From: Pseudobdellovibrionaceae bacterium
GTDB taxonomy: Bacteria > Bdellovibrionota > Bdellovibrionia > Bdellovibrionales > Bdellovibrionaceae
Direction: 5' to 3'
Length of the DNA: 45,100 nt
NCBI GenBank assembly: GCA_039810425.1
Contig: JBDHWW010000024.1
Coordinates: 1 to 45,100, forward strand
Shown: one piece after another, positions 8,162 to 18,553 of the stretch
Layout: each line of letters starts with the position of its first letter
How positions within the stretch are numbered: the stretch's first letter is position 1
Notes under the pieces: generated by a model
Seen by the model: the letters and a program-made list of their open reading frames with translations, nothing else
Databases searched by the model: none
Told to the model about the DNA's origin: nothing
Translations under genes and position numbers: made by a program

Positions 8162-10744
8162 TTAATTCATTCCAGTTCTGGCGCCGCCCGCCTCTGCATC
8201 CTGGAGAGACTTCTGCCATTCCGCAATCTGATTCAAAGCATCCAGCGGAGTGATCTTCGATACAGGATATTTTTTCACTTCCTGCATGAAAGTCCAAAGT
8301 CTTTTCTGTTCCACCTCTTCTTCTGGACTCAACTTGGGAACTTCAATCTCTTCGAATGGAATCTCCAGCAGGGAAAGCTGGCTTGAAGTTTCAACTTTTT
8401 GCGCTTCAATGGATTTCAATAAACTCTTTGCGCGGCGAACAACTACCGGAGGCAATCCCGCAAGCTCCGCCACCTGAATCCCATAGGATTTTTTCGCAGG
8501 GCCCTTGACGAGGGTGTGCAAGAACCGGATTTCACCGTTACTGTCAGCCACCGTCATGTGCGCATTCTGGATTTGCGGGTAAGAGTTTTCTAATTGCGTG
8601 AGCTCATGGTAGTGAGTCGCAAAGAATGTCGCCGGCCTCACCTCGGACAACAGATGCTCCAAAATAGATTGCGCGAGGCACATACCATCAAAGGTGCTCG
8701 TCCCGCGGCCGACCTCATCCAGAATCACAAGAGATTTCGCCGTTGAATTCTTCAGCATCGCCGCGGTCTCTGTCATCTCCACCATGAAGGTTGAAAGTCC
8801 CTCGGAAAGCTGATCGCTTGCGCCAATACGGGTGAAAATCGCATCAAAAACCGGAAGGACCGCTTGATCCGCTGGTACAAAACAACCGCTTTGCGCCAGA
8901 ATCACTGTCAACGCCACCTGACGCATGATTGTCGATTTGCCGGCCATGTTAGGGCCCGTAAGGAGCAAACAAGCGCCGCTGCGAACCTCGATGTCATTAG
9001 GTACGAAGTTTTTCTTTACGGTTTGCTCGACCACCGGGTGGCGTGAGCTTTTCAGAATCAAATCCCGCGGACCCGAAAATTGCGGGCGGACGTATTTTTC
9101 CTCTAGACTCAGCCAAGCAAAAGAACTGATCACGTCAAGCTCACTGCATTCGTGCGCAAGAATCATGAGTTCAGAACCCGCCGACAAGACGTCACGGCGG
9201 AGGGATTCAAAGTATTCAAACTCAAGATCCCCGCGCTTGGTTTGGGCGGTCAGAACTTTTCTTTCAAGCTCGACCAACGCATCCGTGCAGTACCTTTCCG
9301 CGTTCGCCAGAGTCTGCTTACGCTGATAGCTGCTGGGCACTTTATCTTTATGGGTATTGGTGATTTCAATATAGTAACCAAAGACGTTGTTATAACGGAT
9401 TTTCAAACTTGAAATCCCCGTCTTTTCACGCTCGTCCGCTTCCATCCGCGCCAGCAAGTTCTGAGATTGCGTCGAAAGCTCAATCAACCCATCAAGCTCG
9501 GTTGAAACGCCTTGGCGAATCAGGTAGCCTTGCTTGGTCGTGAGCGGCGGCTCCTCAACCAGGGTGTTTTCAATCTTCAACGCCAAGGAGTTTAATTTTT
9601 CCAGTGCGGCTGCCTTGACGTTTTCAAGCGGGCGAAGAACAAGCGCCACTTCTAAAGCGCTAAGCCCCGCGCGAATGCTTTGCGAAAGCGCCAGCAAATC
9701 ACGACCGTTGCACTGGGGCTGGGATATCTTACCCAAGCGGCGCTCGATATCGCCCATCTGCGAAAGAATCTGGCGCGTGCGTTTTAACTCCGTGAGGTGA
9801 TTTTTCCAAATATCCACTTTATCGTAACGGGCCTCAATGTGCTTTTGATCCACGAGTGGAAAACTCAGCCACTGACGAAGCATGCGGCTTCCGGCAGAGG
9901 TGTTGGTGCGATTCACGGAAAAAAACAAAGACCCAAGCCCCTCGCCTTTGTACGTGGAAAACACTTCCAAGTGACGAAGCGTGGTCGGGGTTAATTCTAA
10001 ACGTTGCTGAAAATCGCGCTCCGCAAAGGCCGACAAAGTTTTTAAAGATTCATCACCACCAAGGGACTTCACGTAAGACAGCAAACGACCCGCCGACATG
10101 GGCGCGCCGTCACTCAAAAGCGGATGCCCTGGGTTGAGGATCTCATCATGCTGGCTTACGAGAATCTTCTGCAGCGAAACCTGCTTGCTTTGCTCTTCTT
10201 CAAAGAACGCCTTTTCCTCGCCCGAAAGAACGATTTCAGCAACCGGCAAAACCTCCAAAAAACGTTTGAACGTGGCAAAATCTTTAGTTTTAAAGAAAAA
10301 GGACTCGCCCGTCGTGGTGTCGACAAAACTCATCGAGTCTTTGTCAAAACTCACCAGGTAGTGGGCCAGCGTGCCGTCGAGTGTATCCGAATCATAGACC
10401 ATTCCCGGAGTCAGGACGCGAGTCACCGCACGCTTCACAATGCCTTTGGCGATTTTTGGATCTTCCACTTGATCGCAGATCGCCACCTTAAAACCGTGAG
10501 CAAGAAGTTTGTTGATCGGCCCCGCCACAGAGTGGTGGGGCATTCCGCACATTGGGGTCTCGTCTTGTGATTTCTTGTTTCTCTGCGTGAGAGCAATTCC
10601 GAGAATCGGTGCGGCCTTGACCGCATCGTCGTAGAACATCTCAAAAAAGTCGCCCATCCTGAAGAGCAAAACTTTGTCTTGATGAAGAGATTTGATGTCC
10701 CAGTATTGTTTCATTAAAGGCGTTAAATTCTCAGTAGTTGTCAT
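8162..10744 (-). CDS. mutS: DNA mismatch repair protein MutS
   Basis: TPLMKQY, FRMGDFFEMF, TGPNMAGKST, STFMVEM, DEVGRGTST, FATHYHEL, SYGIQVA. Confidence 0.98.
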   Translation of the reverse strand: MTTTENLTPLMKQYWDIKSLHQDKVLLFRMGDFFEMFYDDAVKAAPILGIALTQRNKKSQDETPMCGMPHHSVAGPINKLLAHGFKVAICDQVEDPKIAKGIVKRAVTRVLTPGMVYDSDTLDGTLAHYLVSFDKDSMSFVDTTTGESFFFKTKDFATFKRFLEVLPVAEIVLSGEEKAFFEEEQSKQVSLQKILVSQHDEILNPGHPLLSDGAPMSAGRLLSYVKSLGGDESLKTLSAFAERDFQQRLELTPTTLRHLEVFSTYKGEGLGSLFFSVNRTNTSAGSRMLRQWLSFPLVDQKHIEARYDKVDIWKNHLTELKRTRQILSQMGDIERRLGKISQPQCNGRDLLALSQSIRAGLSALEVALVLRPLENVKAAALEKLNSLALKIENTLVEEPPLTTKQGYLIRQGVSTELDGLIELSTQSQNLLARMEADEREKTGISSLKIRYNNVFGYYIEITNTHKDKVPSSYQRKQTLANAERYCTDALVELERKVLTAQTKRGDLEFEYFESLRRDVLSAGSELMILAHECSELDVISSFAWLSLEEKYVRPQFSGPRDLILKSSRHPVVEQTVKKNFVPNDIEVRSGACLLLTGPNMAGKSTIMRQVALTVILAQSGCFVPADQAVLPVFDAIFTRIGASDQLSEGLSTFMVEMTETAAMLKNSTAKSLVILDEVGRGTSTFDGMCLAQSILEHLLSEVRPATFFATHYHELTQLENSYPQIQNAHMTVADSNGEIRFLHTLVKGPAKKSYGIQVAELAGLPPVVVRRAKSLLKSIEAQKVETSSQLSLLEIPFEEIEVPKLSPEEEVEQKRLWTFMQEVKKYPVSKITPLDALNQIAEWQKSLQDAEAGGARTGMN

Positions 10745-10849
10745 AGCGAAACAGTGTTAACTACAGAGCTTAACTCTATCAACAAAGATGCGTTGCGAAA
10801 CGCGCTTAACTCGGGGCGAAATGAAAGCTCTTCGACTCTATAGTCCCGA

Positions 10850-12262
10850 CTACGCCCCGAGTGCCTTCATCAGCTTTCCGTAGATGCCATCGAAGCCTCC
10901 GTTACTCATAATGAGGATTACATCCCCCCCTCTAGAACGGTCTTTTAACGCCTCAACGATTTGATCCGCACTATCGAAGTCCGCCGCGGTTACGCCCGAC
11001 CTATTGAGATCATCCACCAACTCGTGGCTCGAGAATCGATCCGTCTCGCTGATCTTTGACTGATCAAAAGCTTTAGCTAGCAACACCTCGTGCGAGCCTT
11101 TGAAAGCCTGCACATAGTCCTGCTGAAAGACTTTACGACGTGACGTCGCTGAGCGCGGCTCAAACACCGAAAACACTTTGCGACCCGGGTATTTTTTCTG
11201 AATCCCCTTCACGGTTTCGCGCACCGCCGTTGGATGATGGGCGAAATCTTCAATCACAAGAATGCCGTTGGGCTCGCCCAGGATCTCTTGGCGACGCTTC
11301 ACGCCGTCAAAAGATTCCAGCGCAATTTGAATACGGTTTTCAGAGAAGCCCAGAATTTTCGACAATGCGACCACCGCCGTGGCATTGAGGATGTTATAGT
11401 CCCCCGTGATTTGCATATTGTAAGGACCCAAGATTTCACCCTTGTGGTGCACCTCGAAACCAATACCGTTAGCGTCTTGAAATAAAACCTTCGCTCTAAA
11501 ATCCGCATCGATTTTAAAACCATAGCTGAATGAATTCTTCGCTTTGCAGAGTTTGCGAAGCTCCATGGCGTTGGCATCTTCCGCACAGGTGAGAAGCGTT
11601 CCGTTTTCAGGAATAAGATTCATCAATTTTGCGAAAGAATCTTTGACGGCTTGCAGATCTTTGTAAATATCCGCATGGTCAAACTCGACGGACGTCAAAA
11701 CCACGTGCCTTGGTTTGTAATGAACAAACTTTGGAACTTTATCAAAGAATGCCGTATCGTACTCGTCACCTTCAATCACGAAGTACTTGCCCTCGGGGTT
11801 TTTAAACGACTGAGAAAAGTTCTTTGGGATACCGCCAATCATGAAACCAGGCTTCGCCCCCGCGTTCTCGGCCACCCAAGCCATCATGGACGTTGTTGTT
11901 GTCTTTCCGTGCGTCCCTGAGATGTTAATACATTCCTTATCCGCGATGATGAATTCGCCCATGGCTTTCGGCAAAGAAGTGTACGGAATGCCGAGCTTCA
12001 TCAACTCTTGTGCCTCTTCGTTGTTGGCAGAAATCACATTGCCCACGATCACAAAGTCCGGCTTTGGATGAAGATTTTCAGCTTTATAACCCTTCATGAT
12101 TTTGATCCCGAGAGATTCAATCTGTGTCGACATCGGCGGATACGGGTTAGAATCGCTGCCGGTGACTTTAAACCCGCGATCAGCTAAAAGACCTGCAAGG
12201 CTTGCCATAGCCGTTCCGCAAATTCCCATCATGTGTACGTGGCTGTTTGGTTTCAAATCCAT
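10850..12262 (-). CDS. mpl: Murein tripeptide ligase Mpl
   Basis: GICGTAMASLA, YPPMSTQ, GTHGKTTT, EGDEYDTAFFDKVPKF, EFDHADIY, DFAHHPTA, FEPRS, MSNGGF. Confidence 0.95.
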   Translation of the reverse strand: MDLKPNSHVHMMGICGTAMASLAGLLADRGFKVTGSDSNPYPPMSTQIESLGIKIMKGYKAENLHPKPDFVIVGNVISANNEEAQELMKLGIPYTSLPKAMGEFIIADKECINISGTHGKTTTTSMMAWVAENAGAKPGFMIGGIPKNFSQSFKNPEGKYFVIEGDEYDTAFFDKVPKFVHYKPRHVVLTSVEFDHADIYKDLQAVKDSFAKLMNLIPENGTLLTCAEDANAMELRKLCKAKNSFSYGFKIDADFRAKVLFQDANGIGFEVHHKGEILGPYNMQITGDYNILNATAVVALSKILGFSENRIQIALESFDGVKRRQEILGEPNGILVIEDFAHHPTAVRETVKGIQKKYPGRKVFSVFEPRSATSRRKVFQQDYVQAFKGSHEVLLAKAFDQSKISETDRFSSHELVDDLNRSGVTAADFDSADQIVEALKDRSRGGDVILIMSNGGFDGIYGKLMKALGA

Positions 12263-12274
12263 TTTTTTCCTTCC

Positions 12275-13336
12275 CTATACTGCGCTTTTACGGAATCCCT
12301 CGACGATCCAGTTGTGGATCTCAGGGCGTAGTTTTGCGAATGATTTGTTCTCTCGTCCATAGAGAACACGGTTTGAGAGGACAACAACGCCAAAATCCGC
12401 TTTCGGATCATACCACATCGAAGTTCCAGTGAATCCCGTATGCCCAATCGACAAGAGCGAGAAATGGCTGCCGCAGCTTGCCGCCCCCGGAGTCGGCATC
12501 ATATATCCGAGCGCCCAATCCCCCATCCCCTGCGGTCGCGCCCGCGAAGCAAAGAGCTTCGCCGTCTTCTGCTTGACGGCGTACCGAGCGATTCCCAAAA
12601 GCTGCGAACGCATATTGAGGAGTGCCCACGAAACATCATCAACGCTGCCAAAAAGCCCTGCATGAGTCGAAACTCCACCAAGGGCCCAGCAGTTCTCGTC
12701 GTGAACCTCACCGACGATCAGCTTACGGCGCCAAGGGCATTCCTCCGTCGGCGCATAGAGGCTTGTGCGATGCTTGGGTTGATTATCAGGGTGGAATTCC
12801 AAGGTTGTGCCGGCATAGAATTTATCTTTAATTCCCTGCCATACCGCATAGAGCCCGTCTTTGTAAAACTCCTCAATCAAGAACCCCAGCACGAGAAACC
12901 CCACGTCTGAATACACGCTGTTCGGCGCATCCGAGACGTCGATTTTTGAAATGATCTCGCGCAGTTTTTCGCGGCGTTTGCCGAGTGAAAGATTCAAATC
13001 AAGCTCTTTACAAAATGGCATCCACCAAGCAAGGCCTGAAGAATGGGTCAGCAAATCTTGAATGCGCACATTGGTGTGCGGGAACCACGAAAGGAACTCA
13101 TGCACATGGCTGTCCAAATTCCATTTCCCTTGCTCAAAGGCCACCATCATAGCTTGAACGGTGAAAATCACTTTCGTGAGGCTCGCAATGTCGTAGTAGG
13201 CATAAGTGTCGCCGACGCTCACGTCACAAACCATACGACCGCCTTGATAAGCCCGCACGACAACGCCTGGCGTGGTGTCGACGATGCGTGATTTCAGTTG
13301 CTCCATCAGTTTCTTTTCAAGAACTGAGTATTTCAT
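12275..13336 (-). CDS. Beta-lactamase-fold serine hydrolase (AmiE/YbbE-like)
   Basis: ASLTK (SxxK), LLTHSSGL, YSD, GEVHDEN, GGVSTHAGLFG, GHTGFTGT; no signal peptide. Confidence 0.85.
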   Translation of the reverse strand: MKYSVLEKKLMEQLKSRIVDTTPGVVVRAYQGGRMVCDVSVGDTYAYYDIASLTKVIFTVQAMMVAFEQGKWNLDSHVHEFLSWFPHTNVRIQDLLTHSSGLAWWMPFCKELDLNLSLGKRREKLREIISKIDVSDAPNSVYSDVGFLVLGFLIEEFYKDGLYAVWQGIKDKFYAGTTLEFHPDNQPKHRTSLYAPTEECPWRRKLIVGEVHDENCWALGGVSTHAGLFGSVDDVSWALLNMRSQLLGIARYAVKQKTAKLFASRARPQGMGDWALGYMMPTPGAASCGSHFSLLSIGHTGFTGTSMWYDPKADFGVVVLSNRVLYGRENKSFAKLRPEIHNWIVEGFRKSAV

Positions 13337-14257
13337 TTAAGGTGCTCCTTCTGCATCAATCCATAGAGATCCCTTTTTGCCACCGCTTAAAACCGCTCTC
13401 GTATACAGTGGCAAGGGTCGTTGGATCACGCCGTGTCCAGCTTCTATTCCGCTAAAAACAGGAATGTCTAGTCGTTCGGCCCAGGACTTAAAAACCTGAG
13501 GCCATAAAGGTTTGCCATCCGGCTCTGCGCCCCCGAGAATCTCCCCGATGATGAGGCCTTTACATTTTTTAAACAGGCCGGCTTGACTGAATTGTTCCAG
13601 CACGCGGTCCACGCGATAACCGCGCTCGCCGAGTTCTTCGATAAAGAGAATCTTTCCGTCGAGATTTAACTGATACGGGGTTCCCAAAGTGCTTTGCAAA
13701 GTAATCAGATTTCCGCCGACGACCGAAGACTTCACCGGCTTCATTTTGAGCGCGGCTTCATTCATAGCTTTGATTTTCTTGAACTCCACCGAAGTGGTCT
13801 TGCCAAAAATCACGTCCATGGTTTCTTTTTCAATCTTTGCCGGCACCTTGCCACTCCCCATGCGATCTAACACCGAAGCATGCAGTGTCGGCCAATTCCA
13901 CCTTTGTTCGAAGTACACGTGCAAAGACGTGATATCGCTGATACCCACCAAAAGCTTTTGCTGCCTTGGCTTGACCTTATCCAAATATGGCAGCAACCGG
14001 TTTGAACCGTAACCACCACGCATGCACCAAATCACTTTTGAGTCTTTGGCTTCAATCGCAGCTTTTAAAAAACCAAAACGCTTGTCATCGGAGTTGGAAT
14101 GCAGGAAATGCTTTTGAATCAAGTTCTTTGGAATCCGCGGAACCAATCCCCACTTCAATAAAAACCGGCGCGCCTTCTCGATATCCTCAGGTTGCGATGC
14201 AAACCCCGGAGAGACCACATCGACAATGTCCCCTTTTTGCAGATACCGCCACGCCAT
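13337..14257 (-). CDS. ldcA: LD-carboxypeptidase (peptidase S66)
   Basis: RGGYGSNRLL, GISDIT (catalytic Ser), GGNL, LFIEE and GHG. Confidence 0.92.
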   Translation of the reverse strand: MAWRYLQKGDIVDVVSPGFASQPEDIEKARRFLLKWGLVPRIPKNLIQKHFLHSNSDDKRFGFLKAAIEAKDSKVIWCMRGGYGSNRLLPYLDKVKPRQQKLLVGISDITSLHVYFEQRWNWPTLHASVLDRMGSGKVPAKIEKETMDVIFGKTTSVEFKKIKAMNEAALKMKPVKSSVVGGNLITLQSTLGTPYQLNLDGKILFIEELGERGYRVDRVLEQFSQAGLFKKCKGLIIGEILGGAEPDGKPLWPQVFKSWAERLDIPVFSGIEAGHGVIQRPLPLYTRAVLSGGKKGSLWIDAEGAP

Positions 14258-15555
14258 TAAAGACCTCTTTTCTTGGCGCCAGCCATCGCCGCTTGAATCG
14301 TCTTCCTGTGTTTCTTGCCGCTGAAGATCTCATCAAGTTCCCTGGCTTTTAAAAGCTTTGAAAGTTCCGGATCCTTAAGAATTTTTCCACGAAGGTGTTC
14401 GCCTTTTTCAAGACCATGGCTCAGACGCTGAACATGGGCATAGGCAATTTCACGGCTAAGGCCTTTTTCAACGAGTGCGAGCAAAACGTGTGAACTAAAA
14501 AGTTGACCTTGCGAACTGTCGATATTTTCTAGCATGCGTTTCTTATTCACCTCAAGCCCCTCTAGCAGGCTTGCCATGCGATTCACCGCATAGTCCGAAA
14601 CTATAAACGCATCCGGAAAGATCACGCGTTCCGCCGAAGAGTGACTGATGTCGCGTTCATGCCAGAGAGGGATATTTTCCATTGCGGTGAATGCATAGCC
14701 CTTCACCAAACGGGCTAGACCCGTGATGTTTTCCGCACTGATCGGATTTTTCTTATGTGGCATTGCGGAAGAGCCCTTTTGCCCTTTACTAAAACCTTCC
14801 GTCACTTCCGAAACTTCACTGCGTTGAAGATGCCTCAGCTCAATCGCCAAACGTTCAAGCCCCGACATCAGCATCGCAAGACTCATGATCATCTCGGCAT
14901 GGCGGTCGCGCGGAATGACTTGAGTCGCGACGGTCTCTGGTTGTAAACGAAGTTTTTTAGCCACCTTCGTCTCCACGTCCACACCCATACTCGAGTATGT
15001 CCCAACCGCACCGCTCAGTTTGCAGATCATCATTTGGTCCAGTGCGCGATGCACGCGCGCTTGATGACGTTTAAATTCCGCAAGAAAACCCATCATTTTA
15101 AAACCGAATGTCGTCGGCTCCGCAAACATGCCATGGGTGCGGCCCGCGCACAAAGTGCCTTCATGCTTTTTCGCAATTGAAGTCAGAGCCTTTTCCAACG
15201 CCGTCATGGATTTTTTAAGCACCTCGCCGGCCTCGCGGACTTGAAGACTAAAAGCGGTGTCCAAAACATCTGAACTCGTCAGACCGAAGTGGATGTATTT
15301 GCCGTGCGGCCCCACGTTTTCAGCCACACTAGAGACAAATGCAATCACATCATGTTTGGTCTGCTTTTCAATTTCAGAAATACGCTTTACACTATAGCGG
15401 CCCTTTTCAACGATGGCTTTGGCCGCCGCACGCGGGATGATCCCCAGTTGCGCCTGAACTTGCGCAAGAGCGCATTCAACTTCCAGCATTTTTCCGAAGC
15501 GATGGTCCAAATCCCAGATATTCCCCATTTCAGGACGTGTGTAGCGCTCAATCAC
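14257..15555 (-). CDS. purB: Adenylosuccinate lyase
   Basis: MIERY, TKHDV, HFGLTSSD, GRTHG, GSSAMPHKKNP, ERDISHSSAER. Confidence 0.97.
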   Translation of the reverse strand: MIERYTRPEMGNIWDLDHRFGKMLEVECALAQVQAQLGIIPRAAAKAIVEKGRYSVKRISEIEKQTKHDVIAFVSSVAENVGPHGKYIHFGLTSSDVLDTAFSLQVREAGEVLKKSMTALEKALTSIAKKHEGTLCAGRTHGMFAEPTTFGFKMMGFLAEFKRHQARVHRALDQMMICKLSGAVGTYSSMGVDVETKVAKKLRLQPETVATQVIPRDRHAEMIMSLAMLMSGLERLAIELRHLQRSEVSEVTEGFSKGQKGSSAMPHKKNPISAENITGLARLVKGYAFTAMENIPLWHERDISHSSAERVIFPDAFIVSDYAVNRMASLLEGLEVNKKRMLENIDSSQGQLFSSHVLLALVEKGLSREIAYAHVQRLSHGLEKGEHLRGKILKDPELSKLLKARELDEIFSGKKHRKTIQAAMAGAKKRGL

Positions 15556-16840
15556 GGTGTTCCTTTTCCTTCCTCTGTTGCAATAACTTCCACCACTTCA
15601 TGAGTGAATCACGAATCAAAGTCTGGTTTTCAAATTGCTCATCCCAAGAAAAATTTTTCCAGATTTCCGCGCCATCCAAAAAGACATTACTAAAACCCAT
15701 CTTGTGACGGCGAGCTTCGCCCCCCTCGGCATAGACCGGGAACGATGACGGACCGATTTGTGAGTACGTATAATAAAATTCCTGCGGATACGACTGAATC
15801 TCCGGCAATGACAGCGGCAGACGGTCGCGCAAAATATCCATCAGTTTTTCACCGCGAATCCGCAGATACTCTTTATTAAAGCGCTGCACGTTCGGAATAC
15901 GAATCCACATGTCGAATTGATCTTCCAAGGCGGTTCTTTGAACAACCATCAGGTTCTGATGGGTCCAAGGACCGGTGATTTGATCTACGAGCAGCGCATG
16001 GATCGGAAGCGCATCCCGCTCAGGACAAGCGGACATTTTCATGCGATAGCGCACCCAACACCATTCCGGTTCGAGCGCCCCCTCAGGGAACAGGCGTTTT
16101 GCGATCTTCGGGGTAACGAAATAACTTTCTTCGCTGCTGAGCATCCACACGACTTGTTCAACATGCATAAGCCCCGAACGCTGCTCACCTTGAAGCTCAA
16201 TACCGGAAATCGTTTTTTTGGTTTTGAATGAAAGATCCAGGATCTCTGTCTGCTGATGAACTTCCACATTTTTCTGTTTCAGCCAGTCGATGGCCTTCTG
16301 TTGACCCGCACGGGTTGCCTTGCGAACCGCGAACGAGTTCATGAGCTTTAACGCCTTACCGGCCAAACTAGCCCGCGCACTCGGCACATACGTGGTCGAA
16401 CCCCACTGATGGGCCAGATGCATAATCCAGGATTGGTTGAAATTCTCCGAAGCCCATTTCTGAATGCCGACAAGGTTCTTATAACCCTGTTTACCACTCA
16501 TAAGCGAATCGCAAACTTCTTTGTTCTGATTGTTTTTATCCAGGCGGTACTGGGTGAGTGAACTCTTGAGCTCCAGCGGCCCGTCGCTCAACCACAGCGT
16601 AAAGCCCTGATCGACGGACTCAAAGGCATCTTCAGAAAAAATACGCTCTCCTTGAGTGTCCGTCATATCGTCGGGTCTAAAAAATCCAAAGGGGCCTTCG
16701 ACATCTTCCGGCGGCCAAACGCCGAGTTTGGATGTGACATCAATCAACACGACAGGAATGTTTTCACGTTGAAGTTCTGTGGCCAACCAATAACCCCGGC
16801 CGTAGGCAGAAACGATCAAAACTGATGTATTTAGGTCCAT
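15548..16840 (-). CDS. Hypothetical protein with degenerate FAD/NAD Rossmann-like N-terminus
   Basis: 430-aa ORF overlapping the purB start; VLIVSAYGRGYWLATELQRENIPVVLID resembles a beta-alpha-beta unit lacking GxGxxG. Confidence 0.6.
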   Translation of the reverse strand: MDLNTSVLIVSAYGRGYWLATELQRENIPVVLIDVTSKLGVWPPEDVEGPFGFFRPDDMTDTQGERIFSEDAFESVDQGFTLWLSDGPLELKSSLTQYRLDKNNQNKEVCDSLMSGKQGYKNLVGIQKWASENFNQSWIMHLAHQWGSTTYVPSARASLAGKALKLMNSFAVRKATRAGQQKAIDWLKQKNVEVHQQTEILDLSFKTKKTISGIELQGEQRSGLMHVEQVVWMLSSEESYFVTPKIAKRLFPEGALEPEWCWVRYRMKMSACPERDALPIHALLVDQITGPWTHQNLMVVQRTALEDQFDMWIRIPNVQRFNKEYLRIRGEKLMDILRDRLPLSLPEIQSYPQEFYYTYSQIGPSSFPVYAEGGEARRHKMGFSNVFLDGAEIWKNFSWDEQFENQTLIRDSLMKWWKLLQQRKEKEHRD

Positions 16841-17018
16841 GAATTCATTAGAAAATCCCTCATGTACAAAGTCAAAGATTCTGTAACATTTCCGGTGGGC
16901 GGAAAACGATTTTTACCTTAAGCCCAAGACCCCGACAAATGAGTAATTTTGCGGCATTTTCAGAGATTGCAATTGTGTCCCTTGAAAAAACTCGCGAAAA
17001 TGATCCTGAAGGACTTTT

Positions 17019-17618
17019 ATGCGCTATTTCTCATCACATTTAAGTATCCAGATCCTCACGGCTTCTTTCTTAAGCTTGTTTATTTGCCAGCTTTCCTCTG
17101 CAACTCCGACTTCGACACCCTCCGGCACGCAAAATTTTTTCGATTTCTCGGCGAATGATATCCACGGCAAGAAGATTCATTTCACTCAGTATCGAGGCAA
17201 GGTCGTTCTCGTTGTCAACACAGCTTCCGAGTGCGGTTTTACTCCGCAAATGGCCGATCTCGAAGAATTGCAAAAGAAATATTCCACCAAAGGATTTACG
17301 GTTCTCGCCTTTCCGTCGAATGATTTCAAACAGGAAAAAGGCAGTCGCGAAGAGGTCCAAAAATTCGCTCTAGACAAATATCACATTACTTTCCCGATGT
17401 TTGATAAGGGTGCGGTGACGGGGGCCGACCAACAGGATGTCTTCAAGTTCATGACGGAACAAAAGCCGGGCATGATCTTTAAAGACGTCCGCTGGAACTT
17501 TGAAAAATTCCTGATCAACCGAGAGGGAAAAGTCATTGAAAGGTGGAGTTCTATCACCTCTCCCACATCAAAGTCGGTCCTTGAGAAGATTGAAAAGGCT
17601 CTGGCCGCCCCAATGTGA
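17019..17618 (+). CDS. Glutathione peroxidase family protein (Cys-type) with N-terminal export-like segment
   Basis: GKVVLVVNTASECGFTPQ, LAFPSNDF-QE and WNFEKFLI. Confidence 0.93.
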   Translation: MRYFSSHLSIQILTASFLSLFICQLSSATPTSTPSGTQNFFDFSANDIHGKKIHFTQYRGKVVLVVNTASECGFTPQMADLEELQKKYSTKGFTVLAFPSNDFKQEKGSREEVQKFALDKYHITFPMFDKGAVTGADQQDVFKFMTEQKPGMIFKDVRWNFEKFLINREGKVIERWSSITSPTSKSVLEKIEKALAAPM

Positions 17619-17694
17619 GACTTTTGCTGTCTCATAACAAGACTGAACTTCAGTTTTCCCTGATTTTTCGCGATAATAATCTCAGGGGGATACC

Positions 17695-18468
17695 GTGAAA
17701 ATTCAATTTCTTGCGTTGATGATTTGCAGTTCATTGGCGGCTCCTGCTTTTGCCAACAGTTACCTTATTGGCAACAACTCTTCTGATCAAAAACATTACC
17801 TCATTGCCCAATCAGATCCGGACGAGGCCTACGATCCTTTCTCAGACTATAGTGAGTTCGACGAAGCTTCCGACGAAGAGGCTGACATCAACTTCTTCCG
17901 CAACGGCCGATTCTTCACGATTGGCCTCGCGACAGGATTGCGCGGATTCACCGGCAATTTTGCAAAAACCTATTCTAGCGCGCCTACTTTCGGCCTTTAC
18001 CTCAGCTACTTTTTTGATTTGCGTTTGGCGCTTTCAATGGGTTTCCTCACTGGTGATAACGCAGCGACTATCGGGACGGCGGCCGCCGACTATACCGGTA
18101 ATGTATCTTTCACGAGCATCAACTTCGACCTCAAGTATTACTTGAATACTCAAAACGTAACCCGCGGACTTGCAGATTTAAACCCATATATTATTGGCGG
18201 TTTTGCTCAGTTCTACCGCACCTACACTATTTCGGGCATTGAGGGCTACAGCCGTGACCAGACAATGGGCATCGAAGTGGGTGCGGGCCTTGAAGTGCCG
18301 CTCATGCGTAAAAAAGCTTATCTTGGAATTCAGGGTATGTATCACTACGTGAACTTCCCGGATGAGAATTCAAAATTTATCAACGATGGCAACAGCTCAA
18401 TCCCACTCACCCGCACAGTGTCGGGCGATCTCTACGATATCCTCCTGGTTCTAGGTATGAATTTTTAG
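17695..18468 (+). CDS. Outer-membrane beta-barrel protein
   Basis: Signal peptide, acidic N-terminal segment, alternating aromatic/Gly strands (NPYIIGG), C-terminal Phe (LGMNF). Confidence 0.75.
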   Translation: MKIQFLALMICSSLAAPAFANSYLIGNNSSDQKHYLIAQSDPDEAYDPFSDYSEFDEASDEEADINFFRNGRFFTIGLATGLRGFTGNFAKTYSSAPTFGLYLSYFFDLRLALSMGFLTGDNAATIGTAAADYTGNVSFTSINFDLKYYLNTQNVTRGLADLNPYIIGGFAQFYRTYTISGIEGYSRDQTMGIEVGAGLEVPLMRKKAYLGIQGMYHYVNFPDENSKFINDGNSSIPLTRTVSGDLYDILLVLGMNF

Positions 18469-18553
18469 ACTCAAGCAACCCACCGCACATTCAACAGCAC
18501 CGTTGCAGTCAATCTGGAGGTTTTGAAATCCGTGAGTTGTTGTCAGTTTGTCG

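Noticed and set aside
17019..17618. Selenoprotein glutathione peroxidase
   Set aside because: The active-site codon is TGC (Cys), not TGA.
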